A stretch of DNA of 32,000 bases, taken from assembly GCF_964030745.1 (NCBI RefSeq), contig NZ_OZ034918.1, positions 390,001 through 422,000 on the forward strand, in the 5' to 3' direction. The DNA is from Candidatus Saccharimonadota bacterium. GTDB taxonomy: Bacteria; Bacteroidota; Bacteroidia; Cytophagales; Amoebophilaceae. The notes under the pieces were generated by a model. The model did no database searches and was not told the origin of the DNA. It saw only the letters and a list, made by a program, of their open reading frames with translations. Positions 1 through 8,900 of this stretch are shown in pieces. Both the position numbers and the translations under genes were made by a program. The number at the start of each line of letters is the position of its first letter. The first letter of the stretch is position 1.

Positions 1-418
1 TAATAGCGTAAGAGCTGGTAAAGGGGCCATAATATTTCCCCAAGGGGGGGACAGTTTTACGGGTGATGATCACTTTAGGAAATCGATCATTTGTAATACA
101 TAAATAGGGATAGGTTTTGCCATCTTTTAGTAAGATATTATACCGTGGCTGCAATGCTTTGATCAGGTTGTTTTCTAAAAGAAGGGCTTCATATTCGGAA
201 TGTACAGCGGTATAGGCAATAGAAACAACGTGTGTAACCATACGCGCTGTTTTTAGATTATGTACTTTACCAGCAGTAAAATAATCACTTACCCTTTTTT
301 TTATATTTTTCGCCTTACCTACATAAATAACCTCTTCTTTATGGTTATAGAACAGATAAATACCTGGTAAGGTAGGCAGATGTTGTATATCACTAGGAGT
401 ATAGCGTGGCGTTTCCAT
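1..418 (-). CDS. uvrC: Excinuclease ABC subunit C (UvrC), N-terminal GIY-YIG portion; 3' end runs off the window
   Basis: Hand translation from ATG at 418 gives METPRYTPSDIQHLPTLPGIYLFYNHKEEVIYVGKAKNIKKRVSDYF...EYEALLLENNLIKALQPRYNILLKDGKTYPYL...GKYYGPFTS (GIY-YIG and YGPF motifs). Frame is open to position 1. Absent from the ORF track, probably because it is truncated. Confidence 0.85.
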   Translation of the reverse strand, partial: METPRYTPSDIQHLPTLPGIYLFYNHKEEVIYVGKAKNIKKRVSDYFTAGKVHNLKTARMVTHVVSIAYTAVHSEYEALLLENNLIKALQPRYNILLKDGKTYPYLCITNDRFPKVIITRKTVPPLGKYYGPFTSSYAI

Positions 419-483
419 ACCCTAAAGCTACAAAATCCATAGCTATTTGCATTGGTTAAGCCAAAGATGGGGGGATGATATAC

Positions 484-921
484 CTATCGCTCCATCAAAT
501 CCAACTGGTCAATCAAAGCGGTAACACGTTCGCCTTGGACAACCGAACGGTCAATCAGAAATTTTAAATTGGGTACTTTATGCATTTTACCTGCCACCCT
601 TTTGCCCAATAGCCTTCTAATGGTATTTTTATGGCCATTAATCTTTTGCAATAATGCTTCCTGATCGTTATGCCCCCCCTTTTGAAACCCGATTGCTAAT
701 GGCAATTTTGGTGTCGAAAGAGGGCTATTTAGCGCAAAACTCAGGTAAATTTTTGCCAGACTCAAATCACTACTTAACACAACTGTTGTAACCGAGGCAA
801 ACGCATTGTCCAATAACCTAGGGCTTTCTGCCAGAAACAACATGCCTAACTCTTTTTGAATCATTTTAGCGATTTGCTGTGTTCTCACATTATTAGTAGC
901 TTGTGTCATCTTTTTATGCAA
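484..921 (-). CDS. rbfA: Ribosome-binding factor A
   Basis: Pattern RTQQIAKMIQKEL...VTTVVLSSDLSLAKIYLS...IRRLLGKRV..KVPNLKFLIDRS matches RbfA family architecture. The true start may be the Met at 909, which would remove the overlap with tpiA. Confidence 0.75.
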   Translation of the reverse strand: MHKKMTQATNNVRTQQIAKMIQKELGMLFLAESPRLLDNAFASVTTVVLSSDLSLAKIYLSFALNSPLSTPKLPLAIGFQKGGHNDQEALLQKINGHKNTIRRLLGKRVAGKMHKVPNLKFLIDRSVVQGERVTALIDQLDLMER

Positions 922-1690
922 GTAATGCCATAATCATTTTCACAAATTGATCTGCCTCCAACGAAGCTCCTCCGATAAGCCCACCCGCTACATCAGCACA
1001 ACCAAATATAGCTGCTGCATTTTGGGGATTACAGCTTCCACCATATAAAATGGGGACATTACCGACTCCATAGTGATTCGATAAAATTCCCCTTATAAAG
1101 GTATGCATTTCTGTAATCTCTTCCATCGTAGCTACTTGTCCGGTACCAATCGCCCAAACAGGCTCGTAAGCAATGACTAAGGTTTCTATTTCCTTTGGAG
1201 TAAGGTCCACTAAACTTTCTTGTAATTGTTGCTGAACCATCGCTTTATGGTTACCGCTTCTGCGTGCTGCTAAACTTTCTCCACAGCAAAAAAAAGGTTG
1301 CATACCCGCCTCTAATACCCTTTTGATTTTTTTAGCTAAAAGGGGGTGATCCTCTTTTTGGTAATTCCTCCGTTCACTATGCCCGATCAACACCCCACTT
1401 ACACCTATAGAGGCCAACATCGCAGCAGATACCTCTCCAGTAAAAGCGCCTTCTGCCTCATGGTGACAGTTTTGGGCAAGCAGTTGAATCGACTTCTGGT
1501 CGCCTAGTAAGGCTGCTATAGCTGGCAAATGCAGAAAAGAAGGAGCAATATATAAGGCCAATGCTGTATCACAAATAGCTAGAGGCCTAATCGCTTCCAA
1601 CTGAGGCAACAATTGTTGCATAAAGACAACGGCTTCTTGGACCGTTTTGTACATTTTCCAATTGCCTATAAGGTATTTTTTTTTCATCAC
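914..1690 (-). CDS. tpiA: Triosephosphate isomerase
   Basis: GNWKMY, IGHSERR, AYEPVWAIGTG and ILYGGS motifs; 258 aa. Confidence 0.95.
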   Translation of the reverse strand: MMKKKYLIGNWKMYKTVQEAVVFMQQLLPQLEAIRPLAICDTALALYIAPSFLHLPAIAALLGDQKSIQLLAQNCHHEAEGAFTGEVSAAMLASIGVSGVLIGHSERRNYQKEDHPLLAKKIKRVLEAGMQPFFCCGESLAARRSGNHKAMVQQQLQESLVDLTPKEIETLVIAYEPVWAIGTGQVATMEEITEMHTFIRGILSNHYGVGNVPILYGGSCNPQNAAAIFGCADVAGGLIGGASLEADQFVKMIMALLA

Positions 1691-1698
1691 TGCTTTTA

Positions 1699-2679
1699 TT
1701 ATGTTAGATACAAAACTGCTTTAAGCGCAGCCACTGTTTTGGCTACATTAGGCAAAATAGCCTCTATTAAAGTAGGTGCATAGGGAAGCGGTACATCCAA
1801 GCTATTAACTTTTTGAATAGGGGCATCTAAATAGTCAAAAGCATGCTTTTGGACCTGATAGGCTATTTCAGAAGCAATGGAAGCCAGCGGCCAAGCTTCT
1901 TCTACAATCACCAAACGGTTGGTTTTTTTTACCGACTGAATGATGGTAGAGAGATCCAACGGGCGAACGGTACGCAAATCAATTAATTCTACTGCAATAC
2001 CTTGCGTTTGCATCGCTTGTGCTGCTTCATGTGCCACTTTCATCATTTTGCCAAAAGAAACTAGGGTTACATCTTTGCCCTCTTGTATGAGATTGGCTTT
2101 ACCTATTGGCACTAGATAGGTTTCTGCAGGGACGGCTCCTAAGTCGCCATACATTAATTCGGATTCCATAAAGATTACAGGATCATCATCTCTAATGGCA
2201 CTTTTAAGCAGCCCCTTGGCATCATAGGGAGTCGAAGGAACGACTACTTTAAGTCCTGGGCAGTTGGCATACCAATTTTCAAAGTTTTGAGAATGTTGCG
2301 CACCCAACATACCTGCATTGCCCGTTGGACCTCTGAATACAATAGGTACATGGTATTGTCCACCCGACATGGCATACATTTTCGCAGCTCCATTTACAAT
2401 CTGATCTATGGCTACTAAAGAAAAATTAAAGGTCATAAACTCTATAATAGGACGTAAACCATTCATAGCAGCCCCCACCCCTAGGCCAGCAAAACCCGCC
2501 TCACTAATAGGTGTATCTATTACCCTGTTAGCCCCAAAACGTTCCAACATACCTTGGCTTACCTTATAAGCACCATTGTATGCAGCTACCTCCTCACCCA
2601 TCAAAAAGATCATTTCATCTCTTTGCATTTCCTCTACCATTGCCTCTCGCAATGCTTCTCTAAATTGTATGGTCCGCAT
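1699..2679 (-). CDS. pdhB: Pyruvate/2-oxoacid dehydrogenase E1 component, beta subunit
   Basis: 326 aa with transketolase-like pyrimidine-binding and C-terminal domains (VIDTPISEAGFAGLGVGAAMNGLRPI, FRGPTG..G.LGAQHSQ); typical E1-beta length. Confidence 0.85.
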   Translation of the reverse strand: MRTIQFREALREAMVEEMQRDEMIFLMGEEVAAYNGAYKVSQGMLERFGANRVIDTPISEAGFAGLGVGAAMNGLRPIIEFMTFNFSLVAIDQIVNGAAKMYAMSGGQYHVPIVFRGPTGNAGMLGAQHSQNFENWYANCPGLKVVVPSTPYDAKGLLKSAIRDDDPVIFMESELMYGDLGAVPAETYLVPIGKANLIQEGKDVTLVSFGKMMKVAHEAAQAMQTQGIAVELIDLRTVRPLDLSTIIQSVKKTNRLVIVEEAWPLASIASEIAYQVQKHAFDYLDAPIQKVNSLDVPLPYAPTLIEAILPNVAKTVAALKAVLYLT

Positions 2680-2733
2680 TTCTTACCATTTTATAAAATC
2701 AAATACCCTCTATCAAAGCAAGGGGGGTAATCA

Positions 2734-3519
2734 TTACTTAAGATAGTCCTTTAAAGCACTTCTAATTTCTTGAGCAGATAGGTTGTTTTCCATGGCACCC
2801 TTTCTAGCTATGGATATCTGGCCAGACTCTTCTGAAACAATCAGAACCAACGCATCTGTTATCTCGGTAAGCCCAACAGCTGCTTTATGACGCAATCCAA
2901 ACCGAGCCGCCATATTGGGATGCTCCGTCACAGGCAAGATACACCTTGCTGCCACAATCCTATTGCTATGAATAATCACAGCACCATCATGCAATGGGCT
3001 ATATTTATTAAATATAGCAATCAATAACCGAGCAGAAACTACTGCATTAATCAAATCACCAGATTCTTCGTAGTAGCGCAGGTCTGCATCCTTTGTAAAA
3101 ACGATCAGTGCACCTGTATTGCTTCCCCCTAGTGTTTGAACAGCCTTTACCACTGGTGTTACATCCACTTCACTTTTTTTATGCGCCAACCAAGGAATCA
3201 TTTGCACAATTGTCGCCTTACTGCCCATAAGGGCTGTACCCATGCTAAACAAGAAATGACGGATCTCCCTTTGAAAAAGAATAATGGGAACGATAGGGCT
3301 AGTAAATAGGCTCAAAATAGATGTCAGCACCGTCAGATGTAAAGCCCGAACAATCCAGTAAAAAAAACAGACAACCAAAAAACCCAAAATGCTCTTTACA
3401 GCTATGCTCCCCTTGAGTAACTTATATGCCCAATAGACCAAGCAACCAAATAGCGCCATATCAACGACAAGCCTAAAACGAATGTCCCAGCTCTCAAGAT
3501 ATAATAGGTTCAATGGCAT
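2734..3519 (-). CDS. cdaA: Membrane-anchored diadenylate cyclase (CdaA/DacA type)
   Basis: N-terminal TM helices followed by a DAC domain: TGALIVF, PLHDGAVII, GLRHKAAVGLTE, LIVSEESGQISIA. Confidence 0.85.
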   Translation of the reverse strand: MPLNLLYLESWDIRFRLVVDMALFGCLVYWAYKLLKGSIAVKSILGFLVVCFFYWIVRALHLTVLTSILSLFTSPIVPIILFQREIRHFLFSMGTALMGSKATIVQMIPWLAHKKSEVDVTPVVKAVQTLGGSNTGALIVFTKDADLRYYEESGDLINAVVSARLLIAIFNKYSPLHDGAVIIHSNRIVAARCILPVTEHPNMAARFGLRHKAAVGLTEITDALVLIVSEESGQISIARKGAMENNLSAQEIRSALKDYLK

Positions 3520-3933
3520 GAATTAAATAATTTTTAGATTGACAATCAAAACAGTTTACATAAATCAGGTGTATAAAAATCTATCAGTCAATATGCCCAG
3601 CAAGCTGCTTTTAGACTAAGCTTGTGTTAAAAAAAACGATTTTGTTGCCAACAAAGCAAGTGTAAAAATAACTAAAAAGTTACGAATTGTAAACAATGAA
3701 GCTATATAGAAGGCCTTATTATTTTTAATATTGATAATCAAATTTTATAATCAAAAAAAAGATTTTCTAAAAAACCTTGATGCCTACTGCGCCACAAAAA
3801 ATAGAGGCCAAGAAAGGGGTAAGCATGTTAAATATTTTTATTATAGGTAAATTTTTAGTAAAATTGCCAAGTAGCTGCTGGAATTTCAAGGAATAGGAGG
3901 AGCTTAAAGAGGAATATATTTAACAACATTATT

Positions 3934-5211
3934 ATGCTTAATATGCTTAAAAAGCTCATATTCTACGAAAAGCTATGGTTCATATTAATAGCTTCAGTCC
4001 ATATAATGGGAGGAAATTGTAGATCTACTCGTTCTCTTCCTCTTACCCTTCCTCCTGCTACCCGAATAGAGAATACTCATAAATCAAGCCAAAAAGCTCC
4101 CATTCAGCCAAACCAGCTAGAGGGCGATACAGGCAGTCTACATTCAGACATTAGTGACTCCTCAGGGATCTCTACTGGCAGTTCCGCTTCAGGTTATTCT
4201 AATAGGAGTAGTTCATCAGGAACCTCTAGTGGGTATTATTCCTCAGGAGGGTCAACTTCTCCTCCCCCGCCCCCCTCTCCTCCTCCTACCCCAACCGATT
4301 TTGCAGGACTACCGAATATGGGCAACACATGTTATATGAATGCAGTATTGCAAATTATTGCAGCTTTGTATCCAGATGAAGTGCAAGAACAAAATATTAA
4401 TTATTTAGAAAATTCCAACAATGCAATTAATAATGGTCATTATCCATTAAATCCTGATAAAGTACAGGGCTTTATATCTTCTTTCCCAGAAAAAGCGAAA
4501 AACATCGCCACATCAGGTCAACAATACGATCCTGATGAGTTTATCATGGCGCTTGGTGGAGCAGAACTTTTACATCATATTTGTTATACTGAAAGCTTCC
4601 TTTGTAAAAGAAAAAGAGGCGATGAACAAGTTCTTTATAAAAAAGAGAGCCCTAAGCAACCCGAATACGGATTGCAAGTAAGTCTTAACAGGGAATCTAT
4701 CACGAAACTTAGCCTGAGTGACATGATTGCATCCGGTAGAGAAGAACTAGTGGATGATGAAGGTATATCAATCGATTCATGGGATAGTTACAAGCCCTAC
4801 ACGGGCACTAAATCTTCTTTTCTAAAAGAAAAAGAAAGTCAGCTAACCCCTCAAGAAGGAAATCGTTTAAAACAGTATATCAAACAACAAGTGATCAATA
4901 AACTTCCTGATAAATTATACATACAATTAAAGCGATATACAAACCATAACACAAAAATAGAAGATCTTGTCCATGGAACAATGGAAATTACCATTAAACC
5001 AGATCCTAATAAGGAGGATACTGTGCGGTTTGCTTTAGAGGGATTTATTCTACATAAGGGTACCACGACGGGTGGCCACTATATTGCCTATGTAAAGCGG
5101 AACGGAAAGTGGTATGAAGCGAATGATTCATCCATAAAAACTACTGAGCAGACAGACGTTATAGACGCATCTAAAGAAGCTTACCTATTGTTTTATAGAA
5201 AAAAGCAGTAG
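3934..5211 (+). CDS. Eukaryote-like ubiquitin-specific protease (peptidase C19, USP/UCH) with N-terminal hydrophobic leader and Ser/Gly/Pro-rich linker
   Basis: Cys box GLPNMGNTCYMNAVLQIIAAL and His box GGHYIAYVKRNGKWYEANDSSI...EAYLLFYRKK. Hydrophobic N-terminus (LWFILIASVHIMGG). Low-complexity tract SSGISTGSSASGYSNRSSSSGTSSGYYSSGGSTSPPPPPSPPPTPT. Confidence 0.85.
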   Translation: MLNMLKKLIFYEKLWFILIASVHIMGGNCRSTRSLPLTLPPATRIENTHKSSQKAPIQPNQLEGDTGSLHSDISDSSGISTGSSASGYSNRSSSSGTSSGYYSSGGSTSPPPPPSPPPTPTDFAGLPNMGNTCYMNAVLQIIAALYPDEVQEQNINYLENSNNAINNGHYPLNPDKVQGFISSFPEKAKNIATSGQQYDPDEFIMALGGAELLHHICYTESFLCKRKRGDEQVLYKKESPKQPEYGLQVSLNRESITKLSLSDMIASGREELVDDEGISIDSWDSYKPYTGTKSSFLKEKESQLTPQEGNRLKQYIKQQVINKLPDKLYIQLKRYTNHNTKIEDLVHGTMEITIKPDPNKEDTVRFALEGFILHKGTTTGGHYIAYVKRNGKWYEANDSSIKTTEQTDVIDASKEAYLLFYRKKQ

Positions 5212-5234
5212 GATATAAATCTTTATTAGCAGCA

Positions 5235-5262
5235 TTCTGGCCGCCGATAAACGAATCCGGTG
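5235..5262 (-). repeat. Diverged inverted copy of the dispersed ~28-bp repeat (family B terminus)
   Basis: ttctggccgccgataa is the reverse complement of the ..tatcggcggccagaa core seen at 10508, 10578, 11476 and 26030. Confidence 0.5.
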
Positions 5263-5302
5263 CTTCAGTAAATTATAGTCTTTATAATATCTATTTATCA
5301 AC

Positions 5303-5584
5303 GTGTCCATTCATCACTATGGTTACATTTTTCTGAAAAAGCAAATAACTAACCGAGTACCAGCCCCTTATCTCCTTCGATAAAAAAATGGCGCTCTAGT
5401 AAAACACTAACACCTGAGCGATATGTTTTTTAGCGGATTAGAAAATCATCTGTTTGAAGCCCCGCGTAGCGGGCTGAGTTTACGATTTTCCCGCTGAAAA
5501 ACTTATCGATTCATCTATTTACTATCGGGACAGACTTTTTATCGAAGGAGATAAGGGGACCCAACCACAGGCGTGAATAGATAC
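5303..5584. mobile_element. Long-palindrome MITE, family A, copy 1
   Basis: About 280 bp, near-identical to 10204-10484. Perfect 23-nt inverted repeat ccccttatctccttcgataaaaa (5364-5386) / tttttatcgaaggagataagggg (5536-5558). Arms pair almost end to end around a central GC hairpin gccccgc-gtag-cgggc. No coding capacity. Confidence 0.85.
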
Positions 5585-5843
5585 ACGTTTTTCTGAAAAA
5601 GCAAATAGCTAACCAAGTACCAGCCCCGCGCCTCCTTCGATAAAAAATGGCGCTCTAGTAAAACACTAACACCTGAGCGATATGTTTTTTAGCGGATTAG
5701 AAAATCGTCTGTTTGAAGCCCCGCATAGCGGGCTGAGTTTACGATTTTCCCGCTAAAAAACATATCGATTCAGCTATTTACTATCGGGCCAGATTTTTTA
5801 TCGAAGGAGATAAGGGGACCCAACCACAGACGTGAATAGATAC
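5585..5843. mobile_element. Long-palindrome MITE, family A, copy 2 (head-to-tail with copy 1, lacks ~22 nt of the left terminus)
   Basis: Directly abuts copy 1 and is collinear with it, with scattered substitutions. Ends with the same ..caccacagacgtgaatagatac terminus. Confidence 0.85.
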
Positions 5844-5956
5844 GGTTGATATGTTTTGGATACATTATATATGTATTTAAAGAATAGTAGATAAAAATGT
5901 ATGGCCATATCATATTACTATGACAAGTTTTACGACTTCGGTAAAAGAGCATAACA

Positions 5957-8900
5957 TTACATAGTATTAACATTTAAAATCTGCTCACATATATCTTCCA
6001 TTTCTGTTAACCAGGTTAAAACATTATTTTTTCTAGCCCATGGAATATAAAATTCCATAGTATCTTTAGCAATTCTTTTTTGTTCTTCTGGCTTACGTAC
6101 ATTTATGGTTCTTAGATTATGCAGCCTATCAGCTAGTTTAATCTGAACGACACGAATATCCTTACATTTATTCAATATAACTTGATTGTCTGAATTATCT
6201 AATTTCCATCGGTAACCATGGGTATTATAATGTGTAACCATATCTACTACATAAGCTATATCTGGACCATATTGTAGTTCTATTTGCTCTAATGTGACCA
6301 TTGTATCCTCTACTACATCATGCAATAGAGCAGCCAAAATAGTATTGGCATTCTTTGTAGCCTCTAATACGATCTTAGCTACTTCCATAGGATGGGTATA
6401 GTAAGGGTCACCTGACTTACGTATAGTAGTGCCATGAGCTTTCTTAATAAAGCTAATGGTCTCTTGTATCTTTTGCTCAGTTAAGGTTGTTTTGCTTATC
6501 AATAGACTAATGAGCGCTTTTTCTTGTGCCAAACTTTCATCAGTTTCTGCTACCTTATTAGATAAATCATTTGTATGATATCGCTTAAACTGCATAACTT
6601 TTTTACCATCAACAGGTAATATGTAAAGGCAGGTTAAACTAGTTGCTGTTTCTATGGTTTGCATATATCCTCCATGGGCTTGTACAATTTGTCTACTTTC
6701 TTCTTGATATAAATTATTAATGGTTTTAGGTAAGTAACCTAAAGGAATTTTATCGGTAATTTCATAGGTAGGTAATATTTCTGGGCTGTCTGTTTCGGTA
6801 GATATAGAGAAGGCGAGTGCAGGCAATATAGGAGGTATTAATTGTTTTTCATGATCATTGCGAGTATAGTATGGGTAAGACACCAATGTATTTGTAATTG
6901 TTAGGGTAATGATATCTTCTGTTGCCTTCTTGCTTCTGCAAATATTCCAAAAGTTTATAGTAAATAGTCTTTCCAAAATAGCTGGTTCTGTTAATAAATA
7001 TTTTTCTATGGTTTTATTTTTTAAAAGCAGTTGTATGGGTTTACCTAGTCCTTTGATAGATTCATAAGATTGTAGGATCAGGGAGTCTATTTTAACTTGT
7101 TGAATAGCTTTTGGATCTAAGGTAAAGGTACGCTCTTCCTTAGCTCTTTGTAGTAGGAATCTAGACAAGGTATATAGCTTTTCCCTATGTTTTTCTATCT
7201 GTAGCTTATCTACACTAGTATCCAACGTATCGGCTATATCTTGTACTATTTTCCCGTTATAAGTAGGATCTAATCGATTCCAATTGGCTTGATTATGTAG
7301 AGAGGCTAGCGCGTACTTTTGTTCATAGTGTCTATCTAACGCTATAATTTGTAATTGTTTATTAAACTTGATCCTTATATATCGATACACTAAGCAACTG
7401 AGTAGGATAGTTAACCCTACCATTATTTCTGTAGTTACCAGTCCTTTATAGTTCATAAGGGCTACATGAGGAGGCATCCATTTATATATCAATAATGTGA
7501 CAGATATCATCGCTATTATTATAGTATATGGCAATAATAAGCTACTTAGGCCTACGTTTACTATAAACAATGCGCAGGAAATAGGTGTAAAACAACTTAA
7601 TTTCATATATACGATACCAGAAATAAAAAGGGCTACATATAATAGTATAGGCCACAATCCATACAGTAGACTATTACCTTCTTTCTGATAAATGTGCATA
7701 GCAGGATATAAGGCTATAATTGTTCCTATAGCCATAACAGTTATGTACCAGTAGATGTAGGAATCGAGATAGATTTTTTGTATACATAATAGGGATATAG
7801 AGCTATATATAGTAAGATAAATACCAAATGAAATAAAAATAGAAGTTTGTTTAGGGAAAATATCAGACCAATAAGATATTGTAAAAACAGATTGTATATA
7901 CTGTATTTTTCTTAACCACCAACGTTTCGTCTCTTGATTTTGTAGTATTACAGGACTATAATCTGGAATACCTATCCATCCTGTATTAGGTTTTTTAGGT
8001 AGAAGATAATGTAGAGCAAATGAGATACAAGTACTCATTACAACGAATTTCAATATATCGCTTTGTTCTATAACTTGCTCCTTTACAAATATGATATAAG
8101 CTATTAGTGTGGTACTAATGGCCATACTACATAAAACATTCACAGTACAAGGCTTAAAACCAAAACAGGGTAGAATAAACGGAACGGTAATAACAGTGGT
8201 ATAAAATAGAGCAGATTTATTCAACAATTGTAGAATGCTCGTCGCATAAAATGCAATAAATATGCTAACTATACCTATAGTTACAGCACTTATACGTGCT
8301 ATTTTAAGAGAGGGTGTACGAAATATAGAAAATTTTTTCAATAGAAATGGAAATAGATCATTAGTACATAACACAGATGCAACATGTAAGTCAGAATCAG
8401 CAGTGGACATCAATAAAGCAATAATGCTTGATACCAATAACCCTTTAATACCAGGAAAATAGTCAAGATGTATAACATAGTCCAGTACATGTTGGCCTTG
8501 TATGGGGGTATGCCCACCTATATGCAGCATTATTGCAACAGAAAAAGCAAGTAAGGAAAAAATAATACGTATAACAGCAGTATTACGAAATACTCTAGCT
8601 GCTTGTTGTAGGGAAGAAGACATATAGATGCGCTGAATAAGAGCTGGATTCATAGGAAATAGCATCAAAGCAGCGTAAGCAGTAATTGTGTGCAAAACAT
8701 TATTCCATGTACAAACCTCTATCGGATTAAATTTCGGTATTTGCATCAATGCCTTACAATTATCCCATGGATGATAGGTGTAATGTAGAAGTATAAGAAT
8801 GACGACTGGAAAACAAACAAAAAATAATAAAAATTGACATACATCTGTAAACGCTACAGGTTTAGCACCTCCAAAAGAGGAATAGGTAATAACAATTAAA

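Noticed and set aside
44-50. G7 homopolymer inside uvrC that looked like a frameshift or phase-variation site
   Set aside because: Codon-by-codon recount from the ATG at 418 shows the frame is maintained through the run (..KTVPPLGKYYGPFTS..). My first impression of a shift was a miscount.
3520-3933. Possible promoter or SD-like aggagg upstream of the USP gene, and other AT-rich intergenic promoters
   Set aside because: I could not find clean Bacteroidota -33/-7 (TTTG / TAnnTTTG) matches at sensible spacing. The aggagg lies about 30 nt from the ATG, which is too far for a ribosome-binding site.
4154-4339. Ser/Pro-rich low-complexity DNA and an alternative-frame 61-aa ORF inside the USP gene
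   Set aside because: The tract is in frame as a linker of the USP protein. The alternative-frame ORF is a by-product of the biased composition.
5303-5843. Tandem repeats as a possible CRISPR array
   Set aside because: The units are about 260-280 bp, directly abutting with no spacers, and are themselves long palindromes that also occur singly elsewhere. No cas genes are present.
5770-5973. 67-aa ORF in the supplied track
   Set aside because: It lies mostly inside MITE copy 2 and its flank, and has a low-complexity, stop-prone context. It is an artefact of repeat sequence.
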